NCBI RefSeq assembly: GCF_964204645.1
Contig: NC_134029.1
Location: forward strand, 5,642,001 to 5,706,000
Source of the DNA: Tubulanus polymorphus
Taxonomy: Eukaryota; Animalia; Nemertea
DNA length: 64,000 bases
Direction: 5' to 3'
The notes under the pieces are model-generated. The model made no database searches, was not told the DNA's origin, and saw only the letters and a list, made by a program, of their open reading frames with translations. The translations under genes and the position numbers were made by a program. Below are positions 52,627 through 64,000 of the stretch, piece by piece (positions within the stretch are counted from its first letter, which is position 1; each line of letters begins with the position of its first letter).

Positions 52627-54069
52627 TCACAAATATTCGATGAATTCGCACACGAAACCTTTTCTGTCGAAGCAAGGAGTCGTATAAAGCCAAGGTGCCG
52701 GTATTTGAGATGCAATGATCCAAAATCGAGCACATTCCTCCCATATCTTAGCAATATCGTTGGGATGCCAAAATGATTTATCGACAAGCGGTCCACTTCC
52801 GTTAAGCCAGCGCATTTTCTCCGGGTAACCAGCAGGACCTCTTATAGCAACGAAATAATGTCCTGTAAAAATGAAACTGATTATTAAATGTAAGGAAACT
52901 GCATGAAATGATCCATGATTATGTGCTAATTTCGATGGATTTCTAATTTGGGTTTTTTACAAGTGGTTTTGAATGCTTGAAGTCTACGTGACTACGGGTA
53001 AGGGCAGGGAGTCTATGGACATTTACCTGAATTGTTATCAAGTAGATCGTGGAGCGTCGTCCATTCTAACGGACTGAGGACTGAAGCCAGATTGCCCCCG
53101 TTCTTCCAGCATTCCTCGCTAGCTTCTGTCACATTTACTTGGATGCCAGGCGGTGAAAGTTTGAATGTCTTTTTTCCGTCCTATTGTACATAAAAAGTAA
53201 ACAAAAACTAAGTTATAATAACCCGGTGCTCGATGGCACAAAGAAGTTATTTTTTATAGTAATGATAATGATATCTATTCGCCATCTATGCAATGGCTGG
53301 GTGCTTGAAAAACCGATAGAGGCTGTGTCATGAAGCATCCAGAAAACAGAGACGGGCTGAGGACTGAAACCAGAAACTTATTGATAATTGAAGAGATAGG
53401 ATAAAGATGTGGATGAAATGGGAATGCGAAAAGGGAGTAGTCTGCTTCAAAAATAGTTTTATGATTCATTGATTTCAAAGGATTTTAATTTGAATGACAT
53501 AAGACCAAAATTGAATTTGGTATCTGCCATTAACCGTGTTTTTAAAATCTATTTATAGATTTTGGATTGCTTTTTTGATCGAATAGTTTTGGATTTGCAA
53601 GATGATTGGTTTTTCCAAGGAAAGATTTATTATTAAACTTGAAGGCAACTCTCGAATAGTTTCTATTGCTAGATAGAAAGAACTTTTTTTCAAATTGCCA
53701 TCGCTAGAAAATGAAACGTTCGAGAAGATGTCCACAATTTGAATCTTTATGAAAAAAATATCTAAGCTAACTCACCTTGTAGAAGAAACGTATCTTTGCA
53801 TTTCTATCGATGGGTTGCAAAGCATTGTATATGAATCTGTTATATAATCGGCAAAGTCCAGGACTAACTTGAAATCCGGAACAAGTCAACATCGTTTGAC
53901 AGTACAAAGAGCAAATGGCGGCTGAATCAGCGCTCGTTTCGAGCAAGATTACCTTCTGTTCAGAACCAACGATACCTCCAATCTGTCTATACCAGCCATA
54001 GGTCGTCTGTGAAATTACGACCGTTGATGACATTAAAACAACAGAAATAACCAAAAAGTACATCTGCAT
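52627..54069 (-). CDS. Secreted PAN/apple-like + C-type lectin-like domain protein, copy 1, 227 aa
   Basis: Exons 54069-53776 (signal peptide MQMYFLVISVVLMSSTVVIS; PAN-like SAAICSLYCQTMLTCSGFQVSPGLCRLY), 53180-53027 (EASEECWKNGGNLASVLSPLEW), 52862-52627 (RWLNGS, ECARF, TTPC...GFVCE). 294+154+236 = 684 nt, in frame. Confidence 0.9.
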
Positions 54070-55277
54070 CGTTTACGTTGCTTCTTGTCTGTGCCAGGAT
54101 TGATAAGAAATGCTCAGGGCGGCGTTCACACGGGGTTTGAATAGGATACCATTCTATAAGTGGTCACACGATTGAATCATGGTTAACGATATCACATTTC
54201 AATTTGCAAGTGGAAGCAAGGAAACAAACCATCATGCAAGGGGGACTCATTGCCGTAACTTTATGCGGCACGATGCATTAACGTATACTCATAAAACCCC
54301 TGTACCGGTAAATGAGCGCTCGAGGTGCTTAAAGTGCGCAACTGGTTGAAAAATTCTCTCATATATCTGATTCTGTATGAATCCATTACATTCCGTACCT
54401 TACAGTCTCCTTACTATCCTACTCAATGGTTTTAAATCAGTGGCGGATTTAGGGGTGGACTCGAATGATCGGACTTCCTACTGAAGTTGAAATTTGACGC
54501 TCATAGCATCGGACTTTCCTACGTTTAGGTATTTCTTCATAAATATCCCAACTAGTGGCCTTTGAAACGGCTGCTTAATACGAGAGACTTTTACCAAATT
54601 TCTCTTTGAAAACATTTTGTTTAAAAAAAAAAATCAATTGAAAGTATGATTCAAACTACAAGAGTATAATAGAGTAAGGAGGCCAATCGTTAAGCAGGAA
54701 TATAGTTTGTGAGGTCTCTCAGCGCGCCATAATTTGCGTCAAGCGCAAATGGCAAGCATAGAACTATAAGCGACACAACTATAAACGTTTAAAAATAATC
54801 AGGGCCCAGTTTCACAAAAATGATGAAATCCTAAAATAAATCATTTTAAGAGAAACCGAATCACTGGTCCAGTCCATATCAGGGATTAACATGACAGACC
54901 CTCGCAGTTTGTAAATAATCCCCTGATTATCTTGTTGTGTAACGTATCATAAGTCTTCACCACTGACGTCACGTGCGAGACCTCTGCAAGAGACTGCGTG
55001 ATACGGCTCCGCAATACTCGAGGTAGCGCTCACATTCGAAATGAATTCAACTCGTATTTATTTGGTAAACCCGTCATATTTGCCCTCAAATCCCACACAG
55101 GCGATAAAAAGTATCATCAAATTGAAAATGCAGAATTGTAAAGTTTTGTGAAATGAAATATTAATGAAATCGAATGAATTGTTTTGATGAGAAATTAAAC
55201 ATTTATAGGATCGGCTTCGGTTGTTCGGTGCGATGGACTTCAGTAAAAATTGTCAGTTACATTTATCTTTCGTCAAC

Positions 55278-56204
55278 ATGATCCACAGCGCAGCTCATTT
55301 TGGATTACGGCACATTTTCTTATGGATAACGCTCATTATGACTTCATTAACAGGTAGTAGTTACGTAGTTACGTTGTTACGTAGGTCTAGTTCCACAGTC
55401 GGACTAGAATAAGGCCAGTCTAAGCTAAATTATTTCATGTAGCATTTTAGTCCCGTGTAAAAGTGGCGAAACCCAAAATTGTAGTCGTGGCTCCTCTGTA
55501 ATATCATAATATCATTTTATGTGACCACACAGTCTGCGAAATCAAGCTCACGCCGAGGCGGCAAAGACCTTCCACAGACCATTCATACGCAATCTTTAGA
55601 TTGATCGTATAGGTCGGATTTGGAATGTTCGGGTACAATATGCAGTTTGGCAAGTTCGACAAAAAGGTCACGTTTTTGTTCGCAATGACGACTCTGCGGG
55701 CTCAGTACAGAACACGAGAATTTTATAATGAAACGGTGGCCGAATATACGTTTTAATGTTAAGCCGCACTCGAGAAGACTGGTAAATTCCTGAACCAATA
55801 AAGGATTCCATTTATTGTGGTTTTGCATAAACATGACCCAGTTCCATAGTTTTAAAATTGATCATTTTCAAATATGCAGGGTCGAATTTGAACTCGAACT
55901 GTGGAACTGGATGCATATTTCATTACCGCATATTTCATCTACGCATTTTCAGCGAATGATTTGAATACCTCGGGGCTTTACGGTAGAAAAGAAGGGGATT
56001 GTCTCGGACTTGATATTGGTATGATGATAAGCCGTGATTTGTCTAAGTGCACTGATGCATGTGACGCCACGTACAGGTGTGTCGGCTTGGTTGTGGTACT
56101 TAAAGGAGGTCCGCCGTTCGAATGCTGGTTGAAATATCGTAAATGCCCGAATTTGGAACCACAGCAGTCGATATATTTCTTGGAGAAACTTTACAGTAAT
56201 AACG
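55278..56204 (+). CDS. Small secreted PAN/apple-like domain protein; terminal exon uncertain
   Basis: Exon 1 55278-55353 (signal peptide MIHSAAHFGLRHIFLWITLIMTSLT, phase 1). Exon 2 55953-56204 (GDCLGLDI...KCTDACDATYRCVG...ECWLKYRKC; donor g|gtaagg). Possible last exon from 56383 (weak aag acceptor) to TAA at ~56438. Confidence 0.7.
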
Positions 56205-56641
56205 GTAAGGCACGTGATGCGGGTCCGTTATGCAGAAGGCAGGGAAGGTAAAGGTGATCGAATTCGCGAATGGTAGCAGATGAGGTTTAATTCACATGGG
56301 GTAACCCAACCTTGATAAGTAGCGTTGAAAAAAGACATCCATTAAATTCTAAACCTATATTCCGAATTCTACGTGTTTTAAGCCCGGGTATCTGCCCTGA
56401 TTCACGGTTCATTCCGCAGAATTTGCATTCATCTATAAAAGCATAATTTTCCTAGATATTATTATAACAACAATAACAAAAACTCATGCATTTTCATATT
56501 TCATAGATTTTTCGATTGATCCAATTCTTAAGTTGTTCATGAATGAAATAAATATCCCTTAAAAGGCTTATCATGATAAACTTGATAATAACAGAGCGAA
56601 TTGCGGTATGTTGTATGTGCATCATCAGTCTTCAATGAGAA

Positions 56642-57712
56642 TCACAAATATTCGATAAATTCGCAGACAAAACCTATTTTGATAGAGCAATCAGTCGTGC
56701 AAAGCCAAGGTGCCGGTGTTTGAGGTGCAATGATCCGAAATCGAGCACAATTTTCATTTTCCTTGGCAGCGTCATTTGGAAACCATGATGTCTTATCGAC
56801 GAGCGCCCACTTCCGTTAAGCCAGCGCATTTTGTCCGGGTAACCAGCAAGACCTCTTACAGCAACAAAATATTCCCCTGTAAAAAAATATATCATAAAAT
56901 CGAAACTGCGTCATCTAACGTAAACAAACTGTATAAAACGACGCATAATCATGTACCAATATCGATGTATTTCTAATCGCTTTAATTCGACTGACAATGA
57001 TTGTTTTTCATAAACATTTTCATTCAAAAAGTTGCAGTAATCGGTCATGTGACGACGGTTACTATAGTAGGGAAACTAAATGTATTTACCGGGATTGTTG
57101 TAAAGTAGATCGTGAAGCGTCATCCATTCTAACGGACTGAGGATTGAAGCCAGATTGCCCCCGTTCTTCCAGCATTCCTCGCTCGCTTCTGCCATATTTA
57201 CTTGGATGCCAGGCGATGAAAGTTTGAACGTCTTCTTCCCGTCCTGTTGTACATAAATGTAACGAAAACCGAGTTTTAAAGATTTTGCACAATATGGCAC
57301 AAAGAAGTTGTTTATTTCAAATTGCCGTCACATGAAATTAAACATCCGAGAAAATAATGCTTGTCCACAACTTGGATCTTACAGAAAAATTTCTAAAAAT
57401 CTAAGTAATTAAACTCACTTTGTAGAAGAAACGAGTCTTCGCATTTCTATCGATGGGCTGCAAGGCATTGTATATGAACGTGTCATATAAACGGCAACGT
57501 CCAGGACTAATTTGAAATCCGGAACAGTTCGACATCGTTTGGCAATACAAAGAGCAAATGGCGGCTGAATCACTGCTCGTTTCGAACAAGATTACATTCT
57601 GTTCAGAGCCGACGATACCTCCGATCTGTCTATACCAGCCATAGTTTGTCTGTGAAATGACGACAGCCGATGACAGTAAAACGACAACAATGACCGAAAA
57701 ATACATCCGCAT
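56642..57712 (-). pseudogene. PAN-CTL gene copy 2, frameshifted in exon 3
   Basis: Exons 57712-57419, 57243-57090, 56876-56642. A 1-nt deletion at ~56805 (GSG|R instead of GSGP) gives a stop at 56674; the restored frame reads PLVDKTSWFPNDAAKENENCARF...GFVCEFIEYL*. Could be an assembly error. Confidence 0.75.
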
Positions 57713-57814
57713 CGTTTACGTAGCTTCTTGTTTCGGGTGTAATAAGAAATGATTTGGTAAACGAACTACCAACAATCGTGATATCGGATCAAAGCAATGC
57801 GCTGTTGTAATTAA

Positions 57815-58163
57815 CAGTGGAACCTCGTTAAAACCGAACTAATCGGGACGAAATATATTTTTCGTGTATCAGGGCACACTTGATATATATAACGTCTCGT
57901 ATTAGGTTCATTATTTCCGCGCGTCTACACACTGCCATTGTCATTGATAATCCGTATTTCTGTCGATGAATCAATCAACGACTTTTTACTCTTTGTATCC
58001 TTGTGGAGTCACGTCATTAAATTTAATGACTTAACGATCCAAAAATCCGCCACTACTTATTCATGGAAATTATCGGGTTACATATATGAATTTCGAGTCG
58101 ACAAACCTAATTACCCTGTTCGAGGAATATCGTATCAATTAAGCAGATGGAAATATTCAACTG
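57815..58163. mobile_element. Degenerate Tc1/mariner-pogo (Tigger-like) MITE
   Basis: Left end acagtggaacctcgttaaaaccgaactaatcgggac; possible right end ttcaactg at ~58163 (weak). Confidence 0.45.
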
Positions 58164-58230
58164 GATCTATAAAATCGCCAATGTTTCTTGAGGCGTTATT
58201 CTAGACGGCCCAAGATGGGCGGGCAGGCAT

Positions 58231-58380
58231 AACCACAACAGCGACAACAATAACCCAGCTACTTTTGGTTGAGTGATATGCATCATAATTCATATTTCAT
58301 AGATATATTTTTTCATTGATCCAATTGTATTCTTACCATATTTGATTTGTCGATGGAATGTTCATCATATATCATATGTA
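58231..58380 (+). pseudogene. Relic of the VWD-gene terminal codons and 3' UTR
   Basis: aaccacaacagcgacaacaataacccagctacttttggttga...catatttcatagat...cattgatccaattgtattcttaccata...tcgatggaatgttc aligns with 48185-48340 and 52455-52570. Confidence 0.85.
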
Positions 58381-58406
58381 TGTCATTAATTCAGTCATAA
58401 TACTAA

Positions 58407-59685
58407 TCACAAATATTCGATAAATTCGCAGACGAAACCGTTTCTGTTGAAGCAAGGAGTCGTATAAAGCCAAGGTGCCGGTATTTTAGGATCAAAGATC
58501 CAAAATCGAGCACATTCCTCCCATATCGTAGCGATATCTTTGGGATGCCAAAATGATTTATCGACAATCGGTCCGCTTCCATTGAGCCAGCGCATTTTCT
58601 CCGGGTAACCAGCGGGACCTCTTACAGCAACAAAATAATGTCCTGTAAAAATGAAACCGATTATTATACGTAAAGAAACCGCATGAAATAATCCATAATT
58701 ATGTACTAATTTCTATGGATTTCTAATTGCTTTAACATTGATGCATTGATTGCGTTTTTTACAAGTGGCCTTTGAATGCTAAGTTTACGTGACTACGGTA
58801 AGAGAAAGGGCCTACGGATATTTACCAGTTTTGTTATTAAGTACATCGTGGAGCGTCGTCCATTCTAACGGACTGAGGACTGAAGCCAGATTGCCCCCGT
58901 TCTTCCAGCATTCTTCGCTAGCTTCTGTCACATTTACTTGGATGCCAGGCGGTGAAAGTTTGAACGTCTTTTTACCGTCCTGTTTTACAAAATACAATAA
59001 AGCAAGTAACAAAGGGTACCGGGAACTGTGGCAATCGAGGATTCCACGTATGGCAGGCGAGGATCCGCCAAATTCGCTAGTGGTTACTCGGTTACCGCAC
59101 TTCAATTTCTTAAACATTTCAATTAAATTCGAATTAACTTAATCAATTTCCAATGGAACTATGCCATGCACTCATTTCGAACGTCAATCTTATATCTAGA
59201 CTTGTTTTCGGATTTGGAAGCCTTAATATCAAGTTCAAGGATGATTAAAAATGAACTAATTTTCACTACTCATAATTGAGTTTATTGTTACGCTATCTGG
59301 TGTGTGCCCGTACCCCCATTGAACATTACCGAGAAAGTAATGCTTATCAACAATTTTGATTTTCGCGAAAACTTCAAAATATATAACTCACCTTGTAGAA
59401 GAAACGCATCTTCGTATTTCTTTCGATGGGCTGCAAGGCATTGTATATGAACCTGTCATATAAACGGCAACGTGCAGGACTAATTTGAAATCCGGAACAA
59501 TTCGACATCGTTTGACAATACAAAGAGCAAATGGCGGCTGAATCAGTGGCAGTTTCGAACAAGATTGCATTCTGTTCAGAGCCGACGATACCTCCGATCT
59601 GTCTATACCAGCCATAAATCGTTTGTGAAATTACGACCGCCGACGACAACAGAGCGACAAAAACGACCGGAAAATACATCTGCAT
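58407..59685 (-). CDS. Secreted PAN/apple-like + C-type lectin-like domain protein, copy 3, 227 aa
   Basis: Exons 59685-59392, 58979-58826, 58642-58407; same exon sizes (294/154/236) and phases as copy 1; no lesions seen. Confidence 0.9.
59025..59150 (+). repeat. Dispersed repeat family copy inserted in intron 1 of PAN-CTL copy 3
   Basis: actgtggcaatcgaggattccacgtatggcaggcgaggatccgcca matches 36078; not seen in the equivalent introns of copies 1 and 2. Confidence 0.8.
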
Positions 59686-61185
59686 CGTTTCTTGTTTGAG
59701 GTTTAATGGGAAATGATTTGGAAAACGCGCACTTTATAATTCATATCAGTGATAGATTTTTCTATTTACAACAGACGAATGCGCGCCGCACGCGTTCTTG
59801 TATTCTTGTCATTTATTCATGAAAAATATCGAATGTATCGTGGACATTAAAAACAGTTTTGCCATTTCAATAGATTCAGTGATGTAACGCTATACTCTAA
59901 ACGAAAAGCATTCCGACTTTGTATTGAGAACGTAACATGAATTTAGATGAAAAACATAGTCATCATGATCTAAAATATCACCAACGGCTCTCCACACCAT
60001 GATGCCTTCATCCGTCCGTTTTCACTAACTACTGCGAGGTCTTCCAACCATCGACAACAAAATGGGCTTTCCAAATCGTGTTTGACAATGCTAAAGAAAT
60101 TCCCAAATTGTAAAAAAGCAATTGCATTAGTGTATTCATGATATATTTACTTTATTTATAAGCTCTCTAAATAATATAGATAATGTATATTAAATGAATC
60201 CTGATACATAATCACAATCATAAACAAATTTCATCGTTTGTGAATCATATAATCAATACCGTCATTAACAATTGGTACGATCATCATTACAAACGTGTAA
60301 CAACGACACCATTCCGTTTTAAAATGGTTTTTCCTCCAATATTCATCAAACAAAAGCCGTTTATGGACGGATATCTGTACATTAAAAAAACTATTTACAA
60401 TACAACGGACGGATTTTTCAACTGAAGAGTTCGATCACTTGTAAAAAGGAAATCTATCAGCATTATCACGATGACTGGGTTTTTATTTTGATGATCAACA
60501 ACCTACATTCCTCTCATGTTGCGGAAATTTACCATTTCCGGAATCGTCTTAAAACGAATGATTTTCTTTTTTAAGTGTTCAATGGATTGTTTTTTTCCCT
60601 TATTCCGCAATGAGATTGGTGACGAAAAACCGGTATTTATCTATGGAATGTAGTCATAATTTTGTAACACTTTGATTCGTTAAGCTGATAAAAAAACAAT
60701 ATAATTTCAACATTTTCTAAATTCGTCTATTATCACAGATATTCGCGACATAAAAATGCATAAAAGTATTTCTACACAATAACGCCTCCCTTATTAAGGC
60801 GCAAACTATCAACTTAAGCAAAGATTCTCAAAAGACTTTTCACTTTCAACGGTCTTTCTAAAACTAACAAATCTTGGGGGAAGTTTTACATCACCTAAAA
60901 GTATTCTTAATGGCAAAAAACATTCGATGACATGTAAATTTCACTGATTATCTTTTTCGTTGATCACGTGATATAGTATCAATTGTAAATTTCATAATAT
61001 ACATTGAATACCATCCATTGTCTATTGTATTTCAAATACATGATTAATTAACGGTTCTAAAATCTCATTGTTGGTTTGTAATTCGTTTAAGCATTTCTTC
61101 TTTCTAAATCATAATCATTAAATACAAAATAATTGTATCAAGAATAACAATTTAAAAAACGCCACGCAAAAAAACCCCAATAAAT

Positions 61186-63888
61186 CTAGTCATCGTCGTA
61201 AAATGCGAACGGGTCGTTTCGGTTGACTTTTAATTTCGGCGGATCGATTATTGGAGTGTCGGCGAGGTCGAAACATTTCAACGATTGATATTCACTCGGT
61301 CCACCGCGGTCTATTCGTATCGGTTTATTTTTCTCGTGTCGTAACCTAAAGCAAAGAGATTGACAGATGATGGCTAATTCATAATTCAGCAATTGACTGT
61401 GGTTACAAAATATGCATAGGTACCACCAATATATAATGTAAATACCATTTTATTCTGCAAAAAGTGCAAGCAAAAGCCTGCTGGGACTTGTAAAGAGTAA
61501 GTCCCAAGTAAAATGCATCAACTGGATATAGATTATCTGCCAGATCCACGCAAAAGAGGGGGCAGATGCAATAAAACTTTGTTACCTTTTTCCTGTTCCA
61601 TTTCTGAATGGTTTTTTGGCTATCTGCTCGGCTATCGCGTCGTCATCAACGAAGAACTGTGATTTTCCGATGTACGTAGGAGTTGTGGGCTTTTCCTGCA
61701 ACTATAAATAGTTCAATTGTATTTAGCGAGACATCTCCCGTTTCGGGCATAGAAAAATTACTGTGTATACTTTTTACTGGATATACATACAACCTTTCAG
61801 ATAAAGTCTACTTTTACATAGGATAGATCTAATGTTGATCAAAAACTGTGGATCAATCCGAAAAGAATTTTTTTCATTGATTCAATATGATGGAATGAAA
61901 TAAATTTGAGCTTTGTTATCAAAGGTTTACAACAGGGATTGAAGCCTGAAATATCCTGAGGTCCCTGTTCCAGAGTTGTGAATTACATTTCACTCTCACA
62001 AGCAAAAATTCATAATTGCAGAACTGGGTTCCGAATAGATGGAGGTTCGTAATTTACGTACATGTACCTTTTCTTCTGTGTCGGAGTTTTGCGCCGAATC
62101 GCCATCCACAACGCCATCTATTGACTGAGTTCGATCGAGTACGGGATGTGACGGTAAACTGAGTGGATCGACGAGCACGTCGTAAGGAACCATAGGATGC
62201 TGGAACGTCGACGGATCGAAAACATCCCACGGATCTGGCTGACCGAAAGTACCTAAAATAATAGCAGAATAGCTTCCGGTTTACAATATGAAGAATGATA
62301 ATTTCATGTTTTTCAAAGTAAAGAAAATATACAAGTTGATTTAATCAGTAATAACAAGTACCTATGTAGTCGCCATCGAATGTCCATAGACGAACTGTAC
62401 AATCTAACGATGCAGTGATTATCATTTTATGGTCTTCCACCAGATCTAAAGCGGTTACGCTGTCAATATGACCTCGCCACATTATCAACACTACAAATAT
62501 ATGAGCAACATTTCAAGCGGACTGTACACCGCACCATTATTTTGAATCGGCCTATGTGCACCTTCCAGCATCCTCCAGTTGAACCTCCGATATTGAATCA
62601 ATATTCCGAGCTAAGACCCAAATGAAAATTGGTATCAATTTCAGAGTGGATATGATGAACTACCGGCTGTTAAAAGCTGATTCTCTGGTGCCATGTAGTG
62701 ATATAATACTAATACTAATAGGTAGTACTCACATTCAGGTGGTTCAATAGTCGGGCCGTTCGTTGCGTAGCCTTCTATTTTCCAAACGTAAATAAAGCCC
62801 ATACTGTCAGCGGTGTACAATGTCTTATCATTTCGATCGACCTCCATAGTAGTAACCATAACACCGGGTCGATGCGACTACAAAATAACGAATACAAATG
62901 GATTAACGAAAACCTGAAAACTTTGTGGGTAGTTTGTTCAACTGTTGAACCAATTTTTGACGAGGCTTGAAATGTTTTGCCGCTGAATGTAACGTAAGGT
63001 ACTTACACCGGGAAATTGAGCCATCAGTTTACCGCCGTTGTATACACCCCAGAAATGAATGTGTCCTCGCGGTCCACTTGATATCAGAGAACCGGCGTCT
63101 TTATTATACGAACGCGATTTCAGGAACAGTAATTTATTCACGCTTAGATCTCCATCCACTGAAAAAGCAGTTTTCGAGAAAATACGGGTGAGAACCTTCA
63201 CGAAATAAATTTATCGAATAAATAAATCGATTTATTTAAAAACTTACAGGATTCGTGTTCGTAGTTTCGAGGTTCCGGTGCATGAAGGTGACAGAATATG
63301 TGACCGGATATTAGATTCCAAACGATCACTTCACCGTCGTAACTCGACGTCGCCAGAAACGATGGCGAACTCACCGCAACTGACAGTATATCTTCTTTAT
63401 GTCCATTAGCCTGAAACATGAAGCAACCGCAGTGAAACGAACATTTCATCAACAGATGAGAAGACCTCTCTACACAATGTTGTATTGGCATCTTCAGTTG
63501 CGACTGAACCAATCAAAGGTCAATTTCCATCTAAACCAATCTGATAAATGAACACTTGTCTTAGGTTTAGAGCCACTTTCTAAATGGCGGATCAAAGTCC
63601 CAGTGACTTGTAGAAAATTATTTAACTGGGTTATTGCAGATCAACGGAACGTCATGACAAACCACAGGGATTTGAGAAGTTGCCATTACAAACATCGAAT
63701 TTCTTCCAAAGATTTGGGTAAAAATCTTGTGTTCGTTGCATCTGATATGCAAGTTAATACCGAAAGTTATTGACCTACTTACAATGTCGTCTGCCCAGTT
63801 TGGTAATGGATGACTGATGTGATGAACTCCCTCTGAATTATCAGTGTACATATTTATTCTTCTATCCCAACCGACTGCTATCACATAT
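61186..63888 (-). CDS. WDR49: WD40-repeat protein, WDR49-like (WDR49/WDR64/WDY group), 3' part; 5' end lies outside the window
   Basis: Phase-consistent exons 63888-63783 (YVIAVGWDRRINMY), 63410-63248 (GHKEDILSVA...LATSSYDGEVIVWN), 63158-63007, 62877-62733 (TADSMGFIYVW), 62490-62362 (WRGHIDSVTAL...TASLDCTVRLW), 62252-62068 (GTFGQPDPW), 61701 or 61695-61586, 61345-61186 (stop). The WD40 call is firm; orthology is less so. Confidence 0.8.
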
Positions 63889-64000
63889 CTACAGTAAATT
63901 TTACAGTAAAATAAACAGAACTGCTATCAAGCTATAATGTCATGCAAGCATGACTAAGGTACTTCAAAATTGCCTTTTTTTCTTATTCCATTTGAGGCCA

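Larger units (their letters stand above)
43803..52730. repeat. Tandem segmental duplication, units about 43803-48510 and about 48511-52730
   Basis: actgaataaataac...tcaacttgaattctcaacactt occurs at both ~43817 and ~48524; both units contain the VWD gene followed by the 3' end of a C-type lectin gene. Confidence 0.9.

Noticed and set aside
1-64000. Prokaryotic systems (CBASS, CRISPR, operons), tRNA or rRNA genes
   Set aside because: Spliceosomal introns throughout; the cGAS-like gene is a metazoan Mab-21 type without CBASS effectors; no repeat-spacer array or structural RNA gene recognised.

Overview
Intron-rich, AT-rich animal genomic DNA; gene content suggests a marine invertebrate, probably spiralian (inference). 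The ORF track captures exon fragments only, so I assembled gene models by hand from GT-AG sites and reading-frame phase. From left to right: (1) the 3' part of BLTP1/KIAA1109 (+), with a probable 15-nt microexon; (2) a two-exon Mab-21/cGAS-like (cGLR-fold) gene with a degenerate active site and a long low-complexity insert (+); (3) two decayed intronless genes on the minus strand that the ORF track does not reveal, a Toll-like receptor-like pseudogene and an FMRFamide-receptor-like GPCR pseudogene; (4) an intact class A neuropeptide GPCR (+) split by an 18.3-kb intron; (5) a recently duplicating cluster of secreted proteins at about 43.8-59.7 kb; (6) the 3' part of a WDR49-like WD40 gene (-). 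The cluster holds two copies of a TIL-VWD-C8-TIL-TIL gene ending in a Gln/Pro/Trp/Asn prion-like tail (one intact, one disrupted), set tail-to-tail with PAN/apple + C-type lectin genes (two intact, one frameshifted, one relic), plus a small PAN-like gene. This repeated convergent cassette is the best candidate for an undescribed system, perhaps a secreted matrix, adhesive or mucosal-defence module. MITE-like inverted repeats and degenerate hammerhead-ribozyme-like repeats are also present. All family assignments come from motif recognition, not database searches.
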